Below are positions 49,999 to 62,100 of a DNA stretch of 64,000 nt, piece after piece; the stretch's first letter is position 1; every line of letters begins with the position of its first letter. Made by a program: the position numbers and the translations under genes. Source of the stretch: Eledone cirrhosa (Eukaryota); contig OZ024741.1 of assembly GCA_964016885.1 (NCBI GenBank), positions 167,586,001-167,650,000 of the forward strand. Direction: 5' to 3'. The notes beneath the pieces are model-generated. The model worked only from the letters and a program-made list of their open reading frames with translations. It was not told where the DNA came from and did not search any database.

Positions 49999-51120
49999 AT
50001 ATTTGAAAAAAAGGAAAAGAATGACTTCACTTGTAGTGTTAACAAATTTTTGATTTAATTTTATAATATTATAATATTCTACCAACTCATCTATATATAT
50101 AAAACTGAGGTTGTCTGTCTGTCTATCGATTTTTGGCACACATCTCCTCTTAGAATCTCTCACGGAATTGCACCGAAATTGCTATACTTGTACATTGAGC
50201 CCTAGCGAAGACATCGGAAAAAAAATATTTCAAATTGACCCGCCCTATCTGACGAAATCGAATATAATGTATCGATTTTTGAGCGTAAGTGATCAGTTAT
50301 TTCCCTTTGTTCTGTTTACATTGAGCGTCTGCGTGCAAAAATTAAAAAAATTACGCTGGCTTTCTCAGCGTTTAAAATGACATTAACACAATACACGAAC
50401 AGTTGTCGAGCCAGCAAAATTTTGACCTGCAAAATTCATCAGTTCGAACACTAAGCTTCCGTTTTGCTTCATTTCCATTTAAAAGCCTTTTAAAACAATA
50501 TTTTTACTTGAAAACAAGTCTATTTAAAGACTACGTAAAACAAGCAAATATTTCGTAAAAAAAAGCAAAAATTATATAAGTTTATTTAAAATATATGTAT
50601 CTGTAAATTTCGTTAGGCGTGCAGACAGACAGTCGTGCAGAGAGGTGATATACGTGTGCAGACAGACAGTCGTGCAGAGAGGTGATATAGGCATGCAGAC
50701 AGACAGTCGTGCAGAGAGGTGATATAGGCGTGCAGACAGACATAACTGATAATTTGGTTACGCTAATGTTTTTCTCTGCGTTGCAGTGTTTACATTTTCG
50801 ATCTTTGTTAATAAATAACCAGTGCAGTTTCTATCCCCAGCATCCTCTTTTGTTATAACATTCGGGTTATCGTTATGTTTTCTTAACTTCATAAGGCATA
50901 TTGTTGGTTGAGGGAATATTAATCAAAAACACCACATGCAAGTCTGCACAGTAGACACTACAGTTTTTAAGCCAAAAAAGAAACTTAACATTGTAACTTT
51001 AACACAGCTACTGAGCGACCCCGAGCAACGCCGGGCTTTACTGCTAGTAATATTATAAAATTAAATCAAAAATTTTTTAACACTACAAGTGAAGTCATTC
51101 TTTTCTTTTTTTTCAAATAT
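49999..51120. repeat. ~73-bp inverted repeat arms (49999-50071, 51048-51120) separated by the Helitron
   Basis: atatttgaaaaaaaggaaaagaatgacttcacttgtagtgttaa... / ...ttaacactacaagtgaagtcattcttttcttttttttcaaatat. Confidence 0.88.
50090..51047 (+). mobile_element. Non-autonomous Helitron
   Basis: a|TCTATATATATAAAA start, (tgtc)n near the 5' end, subterminal hairpin cccgagcaacgccggg, CTAG|t end, A/T target without duplication, internal ~37-bp tandem repeats at 50615-50742. Confidence 0.88.
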
Positions 51121-51499
51121 ATATATATATATATAAATATATATATAGATTGAGTGATTCAATAGATTCGTGGTTTACCGAGGACGGTACCAATATCAGC
51201 ACCGTATGGTATAGCAGAGTGTAATGTAAGAACAAAATGAAGATACACATTGAGGTTTTTATTGATTAGGCTGAGTTACAAAAATTTAACAGATGGGTGG
51301 CTCAGGATCCATATTAAAGTTAGAGACCAGACTCCAGCCCCAATCAGCTCATCAGACTTGTCAATCAGGCAAAACCAAAATCTCATCTGAGAGCATCCAA
51401 TCTCAATGTACACACACATGGTTATGGACCAATAAACACACACATATGCTGGGGAGCTTGCTCACCTGGACACACTCATGACCATATATATATATAATT

Positions 51500-51735
51500 G
51501 GCCTTACCCCTCTCACAACAGGACCATCCAGTTCCACACTGTCAACATGTTTGGTGTTTGGAAGGGGGCATCCAGCTATAAAAACAAACAGCCAAAATAC
51601 AGTTCTGTTTGAGCAAGGCATGGCACAGCCAAATGGGCAGATGGCCAGACTTACCTCATAGCGTGGATGACCCGTCTGGCTCGTGCAAGCATGGAAAATA
51701 AGAAAGACGTTAAACAGTGATAATGATGATGATTC
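51500..51735 (+). mobile_element. Older RTE-type 3'UTR fragment
   Basis: ggaagggggcatccagctataaaa...gcaagcatggaaa...gacgttaaac followed by (gat)n. Confidence 0.7.
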
Positions 51736-51774
51736 ATATATATATATATATCTATATATATATATATATATTAA

Positions 51775-53555
51775 TAAATTAATCGACCAGGTCATGAAGG
51801 TCACGGAAAAAGTAATAGCGCAACTAATCAGAGAGAGAATTGATCTAGATGAAATGCAGTTCGGGTTTGTGTCAGGCAAAAGCACCACAGACGCTCTTTT
51901 CATAGTACGACAACTACAGGAGAAGTACCTAGCTAAAGGTAAACCCCTCTACTTAGCTTTTGTCGACCTGGAGAAAGCCTTCGACAGAGTCCCCCGCTCC
52001 ATTATCTGGTGGGCTCTTAGAAAACTAGGCGTTGACGAATGGCTTGTGAGGGCTATACAAGCCATGTATAAAGAAACAGTCAGCAAGGTTAGAATTAACA
52101 ACGAATATAGTGAAGAGTTTAGCGTAAAAGTTGGCGTCCATCAGGGCTCTGTTCTCAGCCCCCTACTATTTATTATTGCCCTTCAGGCTATAACAGAGGA
52201 GTTCAAGACAGGCTGCCCATGGGAACTCCTATACGCAGACGACCTGACACTCATAGCGGAATCAATGGCCGAGCTAGAGAAGAAATTCCAAACATGGAAG
52301 CACGGCCTAGAGTCAAAAGGACTTAAAATTAACCTGGCTAAGACCAAAGTTCTAGTTTGTAGGAAAGAAAACAAGGCGGCGGTCCCTTCTGGGAAATGGT
52401 CGTGCTCGGTATGTAGGAAAGGCGTAGGTAGAAACTCCATCTTATGTCCTAAATGCAAAGTATGGGTGCATAAAAGATGTAGTGGGATCACAGGTAAGCT
52501 AACTAAGAACATAGACTTTACATGTGGCCGGTGTTCTGGTGCAATAAGTAGCAGCAAGTGCCCACAAAATACTAGCTCTTTCAATTGCGCAGAGGGTTCT
52601 ATAGAAATAGTGGACAGCTTCCGTTACCTGGGCGATAAAATCAGCAGTGGGGGAGGGTGCTCTGAAAGTACTGTAGCTAGAGTCAGAACTGGTTGGAAAA
52701 AGTTCAGAGAGCTTATACCACTATTAGCTGCTAAAGGGTTCTCCCTAAAAATGAAAGGCAGGTTGTACGATGCCTGCATACGAACAGCAATGTTGCATGG
52801 TAGTGAGACCTGGGCATTGTGTGCAGAGGATATACGCAGACTAGAGAGGAATGAAGCTTGCATGCTCCGCTGGATGTGTAACAGTAATATACGTGAACGG
52901 CAAAGCATAAACGAACTAAGGAAAAAATTAGAGATAAGAAGGATCAGATGTTGTTTACTCGAGAGAAGGCTGCGTTGGTATGGACACGTGATGCGCATGA
53001 AAGTCGATAGCTGTATTACAAAGTGCAGGGCAATAAAGATAGACGGTAGCCACGGAATAGGCAGACCTAGAAAAACATGGGATGAGCTGATAAACTCCGA
53101 CCTCACACACTTACACCTCTCCAAGACAATGTCACTGGACCGTGACCTTTGGCGGTACTCAGTAACAGAGAAGACCCGCCTTGCCAGTAGGCATCTCTAA
53201 CAAAATACACCCCTCCCGCCGCCACCCCCACCCCACCCACACCACCCCGTTCTATGTAAAGTTATGTTGGTGCCGCGCCATCCAGGCCGAAACAAATGAG
53301 ATCGTGTAGGTGTCACGACAAAAAAACACACAGTCCACGCTGTAATGTGGCCGTGTAGGCAACACGGTAAAAACCTCCCAGACCCACACTGTAAATGTGG
53401 TTGGTGTTAGGAAGGGCATCCAACTGTAGAAAACCTGCCAGACAGTCCTATGCGAGCAAGACAATCACTCTTGCCTCAAGTGGGACTACCCCCGTCCAAA
53501 CCCATGCAAGCGTGGAACACGGACGTTAAACGTTGATGATGATGATGATGATGAT
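51775..53555 (+). mobile_element. RTE LINE family A, 5'-truncated, RT frame intact to stop at 53200
   Basis: KLIDQVMKV...QFGF...DLEKAFD...YADD...PHD-like finger...WYGHVMR; 3'UTR; (GAT)n tail. Confidence 0.95.
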
Positions 53556-53604
53556 CAACACATATACCCATGTGTGCATAAACACACTTATTTATGTACA
53601 TGCA

Positions 53605-53985
53605 CTGAGTTACGTCCCTTTACGGTCTGGGTTCAAATTCTGCCAAGGTTAACTTTGGCTTTCATCCTTATGAGGTCAATAAAATAAAGCACCAGTAATG
53701 CACTGGGGTAATTGCTGGCCTTCTGCAAAAAAGTAGAAACAATTATTATTGTGTGTGTGTGTGTGTCTTGTAACATAGCAGTTCAACAAAAGAGATTGAT
53801 AAAATGTGTACCAGGCTTGAAAAAAACCCCAAAGTACTGGGGTCAATATGATTAGCTAAATCCTAGCTTTCTGGTAGAGCAGATCTCCCACAAGTCTGAA
53901 ACCAACTCATATTTTGCACAGAACCAGTGACCAGCAAACCCAGTATGGGTGCAGTTTAATGGCTGGAACTAGTAAAATAAAGGAA
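53605..53985 (+). mobile_element. SINE copy (53605-53750) plus SINE 3' part (53770-53985)
   Basis: gggttcaaattc B-box, ctttcatcct...aaataaagcaccag; aaagtactggggtcaa. Confidence 0.65.
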
Positions 53986-54619
53986 TATGAGCACCATGTC
54001 ATTGGGTGTTTGTCTTAGAGAGAAAGATTATGCTAAAAGTTTATTAGAAAACAGTGAGACAGGTTTATAGATGAACCATACTGCGATGGCATAAATATAC
54101 ATTGATTTAGTAGATCAAACTTAACTTTCATTGCAGCCACATCTTTATCACTGTAGAATATATTACAGTGCATATTGTTACTTCTGATTCTAGACACCTC
54201 TTTAACACTCTGTGGAATATATTACAGAAGACATTGTTACCTGCTGCTCTGATTTATTGCAATCACTTTTATGGGTGACATTTTATTAATATGTTTAGCT
54301 GTATGTGTGTGTAAATTCTATGCTCTATTCATCAACAGTATCATTATTGTTGTTATTTTATTATCAACATCATCGTTGATGTTGTTGTCATTGTCACCAC
54401 CACCATTGGCATCACCATCTCCACCAGACTATCATTGTCATGTCAGTTCCTTAGTATTAATGAGAGGCTGTTGACAGTACATGTAGTATATACTAACTAC
54501 ATTGACATATTTTAGGTTCAACATTTCAAACTTATATTTACACTCAACATGACTGAGTCACTCCACACACACTAATACATTATTATATCCTCTTGTTTTG
54601 TTTAGAGTAATTTTTCTAT

Positions 54620-54995
54620 TTTAAACCTTTCATTATCATATTTCTACTGAAAGACACTGCCTATAATTTTCAAATCATTCTAAAAATAATCAAGAATTTT
54701 ATTGATTTACTGACGTAACTAACTTTCTCATCATTATGCATGGAACATAACAAATGTTTTGACAAATTTTAGTTGAAGGTTTTTAGATAAATATAACCTT
54801 AACTATTTTATTGCCATATTTCTGATGAAAGACACTGCTTATGATTTTCAAATAATATTGAAAATAATCAATAATTTGGAGAGTTTTAATAATATGATTA
54901 ACCTCCTTATTATTAAGCTGCTTTTTGGAACATAACTTAACAAAGGTTCTTAAATAAAATTATAATGGAAGCATTTTAGATAAATATAAACTTTT
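54620..54995. repeat. Diverged ~180-bp tandem duplication
   Basis: catatttct..tgaaagacactgc at 54637 and 54815; ttttagataaatataa twice. Confidence 0.7.
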
Positions 54996-55482
54996 AATCA
55001 TTTAGCATTTAAACCAGCCAGAATTCTCTCACCTCTTTCTGTACAAACCAGCTGTATCTGGCCACTCATACTCATGTTAAGGTAGTGTTCTCAAAATAAA
55101 TATCAAAATCTCATAGGTTCAATATTATGTGAGATAAAGTGTTTACTATGAAAATACAATAGTATATATAGAGTAATGTAAATGCTAAAGGGTTAAAGGA
55201 AAGAGTTTTGTATCATAACACTAGGATGGGAGTAGTGTTCAGGCAGTTTGGTATAAAAAAGTTACCTCTAAATATATAGTCATGGATCTACTAACCATAG
55301 ATAAGATCTAATTAATGAAGACTATGGAGAGGGTTAAGAGAAAAATTTAATTGCTCTATATCTGTCTTTTTCATCTTCTTTTCCTTATTTTCGTTTCTTG
55401 TACCTTCTCTCGCTCTCTCTCTCCTTTTTTCTCTCTTGTTTTTGTTTTTTATTCATAAAGGGTATTATATATCTTTCTCATA

Positions 55483-55760
55483 GCTTACCAGCTATGACTC
55501 ACCAGTTATATATAAGGTGTATTAGCTACTTTCTCTGTCTTGTCTGACTTACCAGCAATATATGGTGTATTAGCTACCTTTCTGTCTTCTATGACTTACC
55601 AGTTATATATAAGGTGTATTAGCTACCTTTTTCTGTCTTCTATGACTTACCAGCTATATATAAGGGGTATTAAATACCTTTCTTTGTCTATCATGGCTAA
55701 TCATTTATAAAAGGAGGCATTAATTATGTTTCTCAGTCTGTCAAGGCTTACCTGATTTAC
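55483..55760. repeat. Diverged ~50-55-bp minisatellite upstream of the exon
   Basis: cttaccag.tatatataaggtgtattagctac repeated about 4-5 times. Confidence 0.75.
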
Positions 55761-55822
55761 ATGTACATTAAAATTGATTAAACATATACATAAATAACAA
55801 AATTTCCGAATCTATTTTTCAG

Positions 55823-56043
55823 TGCCTCAAAGAGAATCACATTTATGGTCCAATCGAAGAATTAGTGTCACTAGCTAATTTGCAGCGTGACCAACTGAAG
55901 CTAGCTCCAAAGGAAAGTCCAGCCAGTTCTGATGAAGAAACTGACTTTTTCCGTCCAGTTGCAGAAAAAGGCAGGAAACCGGCTCATGCCTTACTACCTG
56001 GAGACTATTCCGACGAAATTCCTGTTCATGGCCCTGAACAAAA
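55823..56043 (+). CDS. Internal coding exon of an unidentified host gene (221 nt, phase 0 to phase 2)
   Basis: Acceptor tctatttttcag|, donor AA|gtaatt. Stop-free, higher GC and complex: CLKENHIYGPIEELVSLANLQRDQLKLAPKESPASSDEETDFFRPVAEKGRKPAHALLPGDYSDEIPVHGPEQ. Confidence 0.78.
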
Positions 56044-56144
56044 GTAATTATTTTCCTTTTTTCTGATTTCATGTTATTGAACTTCCATTCTACAGCTTAA
56101 AAATAACTTTATATCTGTTACTGTTATTTTAGATATTTATTATT

Positions 56145-59100
56145 TCATCTACATTGCTACAACCTTCTATAACACAGTATTCCACATTATTATAACCTTC
56201 TATAACACAGTATTCTACATTGCTATAACCTTCTATAACACAGTATTCCACATTGCTATAGTCTTCTATAACACAGTATTCCACATTGCTACAACCTTTT
56301 ACAACACAGTATTCCACATTGCTATAGTCTTCTACAACACAGTATTCCACATTGCTATAGTCTTTTACAACACAGTATTCCACATTGCTATAGTCTTCTA
56401 TAACACAGTATTCCACATTGCTATAGTCTTCTATAACACACTATTCCACATTGCTATAGTCTTCTATAACACAGTATTCTACATTGCTATAGTCTTCTAC
56501 AACACAGTATTCCACATTGCTATAGTCTTCTACAACACAGTATTCCACATTGCTATATTCTTCTATAACACAGTATTCCACATTGCTATAGTCTTCTATA
56601 ACACAGTATTCCACATTGCTACAACCTTTTACAACACAGTATTCCACATTGCTATAGTCTTCTACAACACAGTATTCCACATTGCTATAGTCTTTTACAA
56701 CACAGTATTCCACATTGCTATAGTCTTCTATAACACAGTATTCCACATTGCTATAGTCTTCTATAACACACTATTCCACATTGCTATAGTCTTCTATAAC
56801 ACAGTATTCTACATTGCTATAGTCTTCTACAACACAGTATTCCACATTGCTATAGTCTTCTACAACACAGTATTCCACATTGCTATAGTCTTCTACAACA
56901 CAGTATTCCACATTGCTATATTCTTCTATAACACAGTATTCCACATTGCTATAGTCTTCTATAACACAGTATTCCACATTGCTACAACCTTTTACAACAC
57001 AGTATTCCACATTGCTATAGTCTTCTACAACACAGTATTCCACATTGCTATAGTCTTTTACAACACAGTATTCCACATTGCTATAGTCTTCTATAACACA
57101 GTATTCCACATTGCTATAGTCTTCTATAATACACTATTCCACATTGCTATAGTCTTCTATAACACAGTATTCTACATTGCTATAGTCTTCTACAACACAG
57201 TATTCCACATTGCTATAGTCTTCTACAACACAGTATTCCACAATGCTATATTCTTCTATAACACAGTATTCCACAATGCTATATTCTTCTATAACACAGT
57301 ATTCCACATTGCTATAGTCTTCTATAACACAGTATTCCACATTGCTATAACCTTCTATAACACAGTATTCCACATTGCTATAGTCTTCTACAACACAGTA
57401 TTCCACATTGCTATAGTCTTCTACAACACAGTATTCCACATTGCTATATTCTTCTATAACACAGTATTCCACATTGCTATAGTCTTCTATAACACAGTAT
57501 TCCACATTGCTATAGTCTTCTACAACACAGTATTCCACATTGCTATAGTCTTCTACAACACAGTATTCCACATTGCTACAACCTTTTACAACACAGTATT
57601 CCACATTGCTATAGCCTTCTATAACACAGTATTCTACATTGCTATAACTTCTATAACACAGTATTCCACATTGCTATAGTCTTCAATAACACAGTATTCC
57701 ACATTGCTACAACCTTTTACAACACAGTATTCCACATTGCTATAGTCTTCTATAACACATTATTCCACATTGCTATAGTCTTCTATAACACAGTATTCTA
57801 CATTGCTATAGTCTTCTACAACACAGTATTCCACATTGCTATAGTCTTCTACAACACAGTATTCCACATTGCTATATTCTTCTATAACACAGTATTCCAC
57901 ATTGCTATAGTCTTCTATAACACAGTATTCCACATTGCTATAACCTTCTATAACACAGTATTCCACATTGCTATAGTCTTCTACAACACAGTATTCCACA
58001 TTGCTATAGTCTTCTACAACACAGTATTCCACATTGCTATATTCTTCTATAACACAGTATTCCACATTGCTATAGTCTTCTATAACACATTATTCCACAT
58101 TGCTATAGCCTTCTATAAGACAGTATTCCACATTGCTATAGTCTTCTACAACATAGTTTTCCACATTGCTATAGTCTTCTACAACACAGTATTCCACATT
58201 GCTATATTCTTCTATAACACAGTATTCCACATTGCTATAGTCTTCTATAACACAGTATTCCACATTGCTATAACCTTCTATAACACAGTATTCCACATTG
58301 CTACAACCTTTTACAACACAGTATTCCACATTGCTATAGTCTTCTACAACACAGTATTCCACATTGCTATAGCCTTCTATAACACAGTATTCCACATTGC
58401 TATAGTCTTCTACAACACAGTATTCCACATTCCTATAGTCTTCTACAACACAGTATTCCACATTGCTATAGTCTTCTATAACACAGTATTCCACATTGCT
58501 ATAGTCTTCTATAACACAGTATTCCACATTGCTATAACCTTCTATAAGACAGTATTCCACATTGCTATAACCTTCTATAACACAGTATTCCACATTATTA
58601 TAACCTTCTATAACACAGTATTCCACATTGCTACAACCTTCTATAACACAGTATTCCACATTGCTATAGCCTTTTACAACACAGTATTCCACATTGCTAT
58701 AGTCTTCTACAACACAGTATTCCACATTGCTATAGTCTTCTACAACACAGTATTCCACATTGCTATAGTCTTCTACAACACAGTATTCCACATTGCTATA
58801 ACCTTCTACAACACAGTATTCCACATTGCTATAGTCTTCTACAACACAGTATTCCAGATTGCTATAACCTTCTATAACACAGTATTCCACATTGCTATCA
58901 CCTTCTATAACACAGTATTCCACATTGCTATAACCTTCTACAACACAGTATTCCACATTGCTATAACCTTCTATAACACAGTATTCCACATTGCTATAGT
59001 CTTCTACAACACAGTATTCCACATTGCTATAACCTTCTATAACACAGTATTCCACATTGCTATAGTCTTCTACAACACAGTATTCCACATTGCTATAGTC

Positions 59101-62100
59101 TTCTACAACACAGTATTCCACATTGCTATAGTCTTCTATAACACAGTATTCCACATTGCTATAGTCTTCTACAACACAGTATTCCACATTGCTATAACCT
59201 TCTACAACACAGTATTCCACATTGCTATAGTCTTCTACAACACAGTATTCCAGATTGCTATAACCTTCTATAACACAGTATTCCACATTGCTATCACCTT
59301 CTATAACACAGTATTCCACATTGCTATAACCTTCTATAACACAGTATTCTACATTGCTATAACCTTCTATAACACAGTATTCCACATTGCTATAACCTTC
59401 TATAACACAGTATTCCACATTGCTATAGTCTTCTACAACACAGTATTCCACATTGCTATAACCTTCTATAACACAGTATTCCACATTGCTATAGTCTTCT
59501 ACAACACAGTATTCCACATTGCTATAGTCTTCTACAACACAGTATTCCACATTGCTATAACCTTCTATAACACAGTATTCCACATTGCTATAGTCTTCTA
59601 CAACACAGTATTCCACATTGCTATAGTCTTCTACAACACAGTATTCCACATTGCTATAGTCTTCTATAACACAGTATTCCACATTGCTATAGTCTTCTAC
59701 AACACAGTATTCCACATTGCTATAACCTTCTACAACACAGTATTCCACATTGCTATAGTCTTCTACAACACAGTATTCCAGATTGCTATAACCTTCTATA
59801 ACACAGTATTCCACATTGCTATCACCTTCTATAACACAGTATTCCACATTGCTATAACCTTCTACAACACAGTATTCCACATTGCTATAACTTTCTATAA
59901 CACAGTATTCCACATTGCTATAGTCTTCTACAACACAGTATTCCACATTGCTATAACCTTCTATAACACAGTATTCTACATTGCTATAACCTTCTATAAC
60001 ACAGTATTCCACATTGCTATAGCCTTTTACAACACAGTATTCCACATTGCTATAGTCTTCTACAACACAGTATTCCACATTGCTATAGTCTTCTACAACA
60101 CAGTATTCCACATTGCTATAACCTTCTATAACACAGTATTCCACATTGCTATAACCTTCTATAACACAGTATTCCACATTATTATAACCTTCTATAACAC
60201 AGTATTCCACATTGCTATAGTCTTCTACAACACAGTATTCCACATTGCTATAGTCTTCTACAACACAGTATTCCACATTGCTATAGTCTTCTACAACACA
60301 GTATTCCACATTGCTATAACCTTCTATAACACAGTATTCCACATTGCTATAGTCTTCTACAACACAGTATTCCACATCGCTATAGTCTTCTACAACACAG
60401 TATTCCACATTGCTATAGTCTTCTATAACACAGTATTCCACATTGCTATAGCCTTTTACAACACAGTATTCCACATTGCTATAGTCTTCTACAACACAGT
60501 ATTCCACATTGCTATAGTCTTCTATAACACAGTATTCCACATTGCTATAGTCTTCTACAACACAGTATTCCACATTGCTATAACCTTCTACAACACAGTA
60601 TTCCACATTGCTATAGTCTTCTACAACACAGTATTCCAGATTGCTATAACCTTCTATAACACAGTATTCCACATTGCTATCACCTTCTATAACACAGTAT
60701 TCCACATTGCTATAACCTTCTACAACACAGTATTCCACATTGCTATAACCTTCTATAACACAGTATTCCACATTGCTATAGTCTTCTACAACACAGTATT
60801 CCACATTGCTATAACCTTCTATAACACAGTATTCCACATTGCTATAGTCTTCTACAACACAGTATTCCACATTGCTATAGTCTTCTACAACACAGTATTC
60901 CACATTGCTATAACCTTCTATAACACAGTATTCCACATTGCTATAGTCTTCTACAACACAGTATTCCACATTGCTATAGTCTTCTACAACACAGTATTCC
61001 ACATTGCTATAGTCTTTTATAACACAGTATTCCACATTGCTATAGTCTTCTACAACACAGTATTCCACATTGCTATAGTCTTCTACAACACAGTATTCCA
61101 CATTGCTATAACCTTCTACAACACAGTATTCCACATTGCTATAGTCTTCTACAACACAGTATTCCAGATTGCTATAACCTTCTATAACACAGTATTCCAC
61201 ATTGCTATCACCTTCTATAACACAGTATTCCACATTGCTATAACCTTCTACAACACAGTATTCCACATTGCTATAACTTTCTATAACACAGTATTCCACA
61301 TTGCTATAGTCTTCTACAACACAGTATTCCACATTGCTATAACCTTCTATAACACAGTATGCTACATTGCTGTAACCTTCTATAACACAGTATTCCACAT
61401 TGCTATAGCCTTTTACAACACAGTATTCCACATTGCTATAGTCTTCTACAACACAGTATTCCACATTGCTATAGTCTTCTACAACACAGTATTCCACATT
61501 GCTATAACCTTCTATAACACAGTATTCCACATTGCTATAACCTTCTATAACACAGTATTCCACATTATTATAACCTTCTATAACACAGTATTCCACATTG
61601 CTATAGTCTTCTACAACACAGTATTCCACATTGCTATAGTCTTCTACAACACAGTATTCCACATTGCTATAACCTTCTATAACACAGTATTCCACATTGC
61701 TATAGTCTTCTACAACACAGTATTCCACATTGCTATAGTCTTCTACAACACAGTATTCCACATTGCTATAACCTTCTATAACACAGTATTCCACATTGCT
61801 ATAGTCTTCTACAACACAGTATTCCACATTGCTATAGTCTTCTACAACACAGTATTCCACATTGCTATAGTCTTCTATAACACAGTATTCCACATTGCTA
61901 TAGTCTTCTACAACACAGTATTCCACATTGCTATGACCTTCTACAACACAGTATTCCACATTGCTATAGTCTTCTACAACACAGTATTCCAGATTGCTAT
62001 AACCTTCTATAACACAGTATTCCACATTGCTATCACCTTCTATAACACAGTATTCCACATTGCTATAACCTTCTACAACACAGTATTCCACATTGCTATA

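Noticed and set aside
50264-50450. CTGACGA and CTGATGA motifs inside the Helitron
   Set aside because: No GAAA, stem III or UH in the required positions.
51683-51774. N-terminus of the 505-aa ORF
   Set aside because: Read-through from an upstream UTR tail and TA tract; RTE homology starts at ~51775.
9981-53124. Antisense ORFs overlapping RTE and CR1 coding regions
   Set aside because: Shadow frames of the LINE ORFs with no independent motifs.
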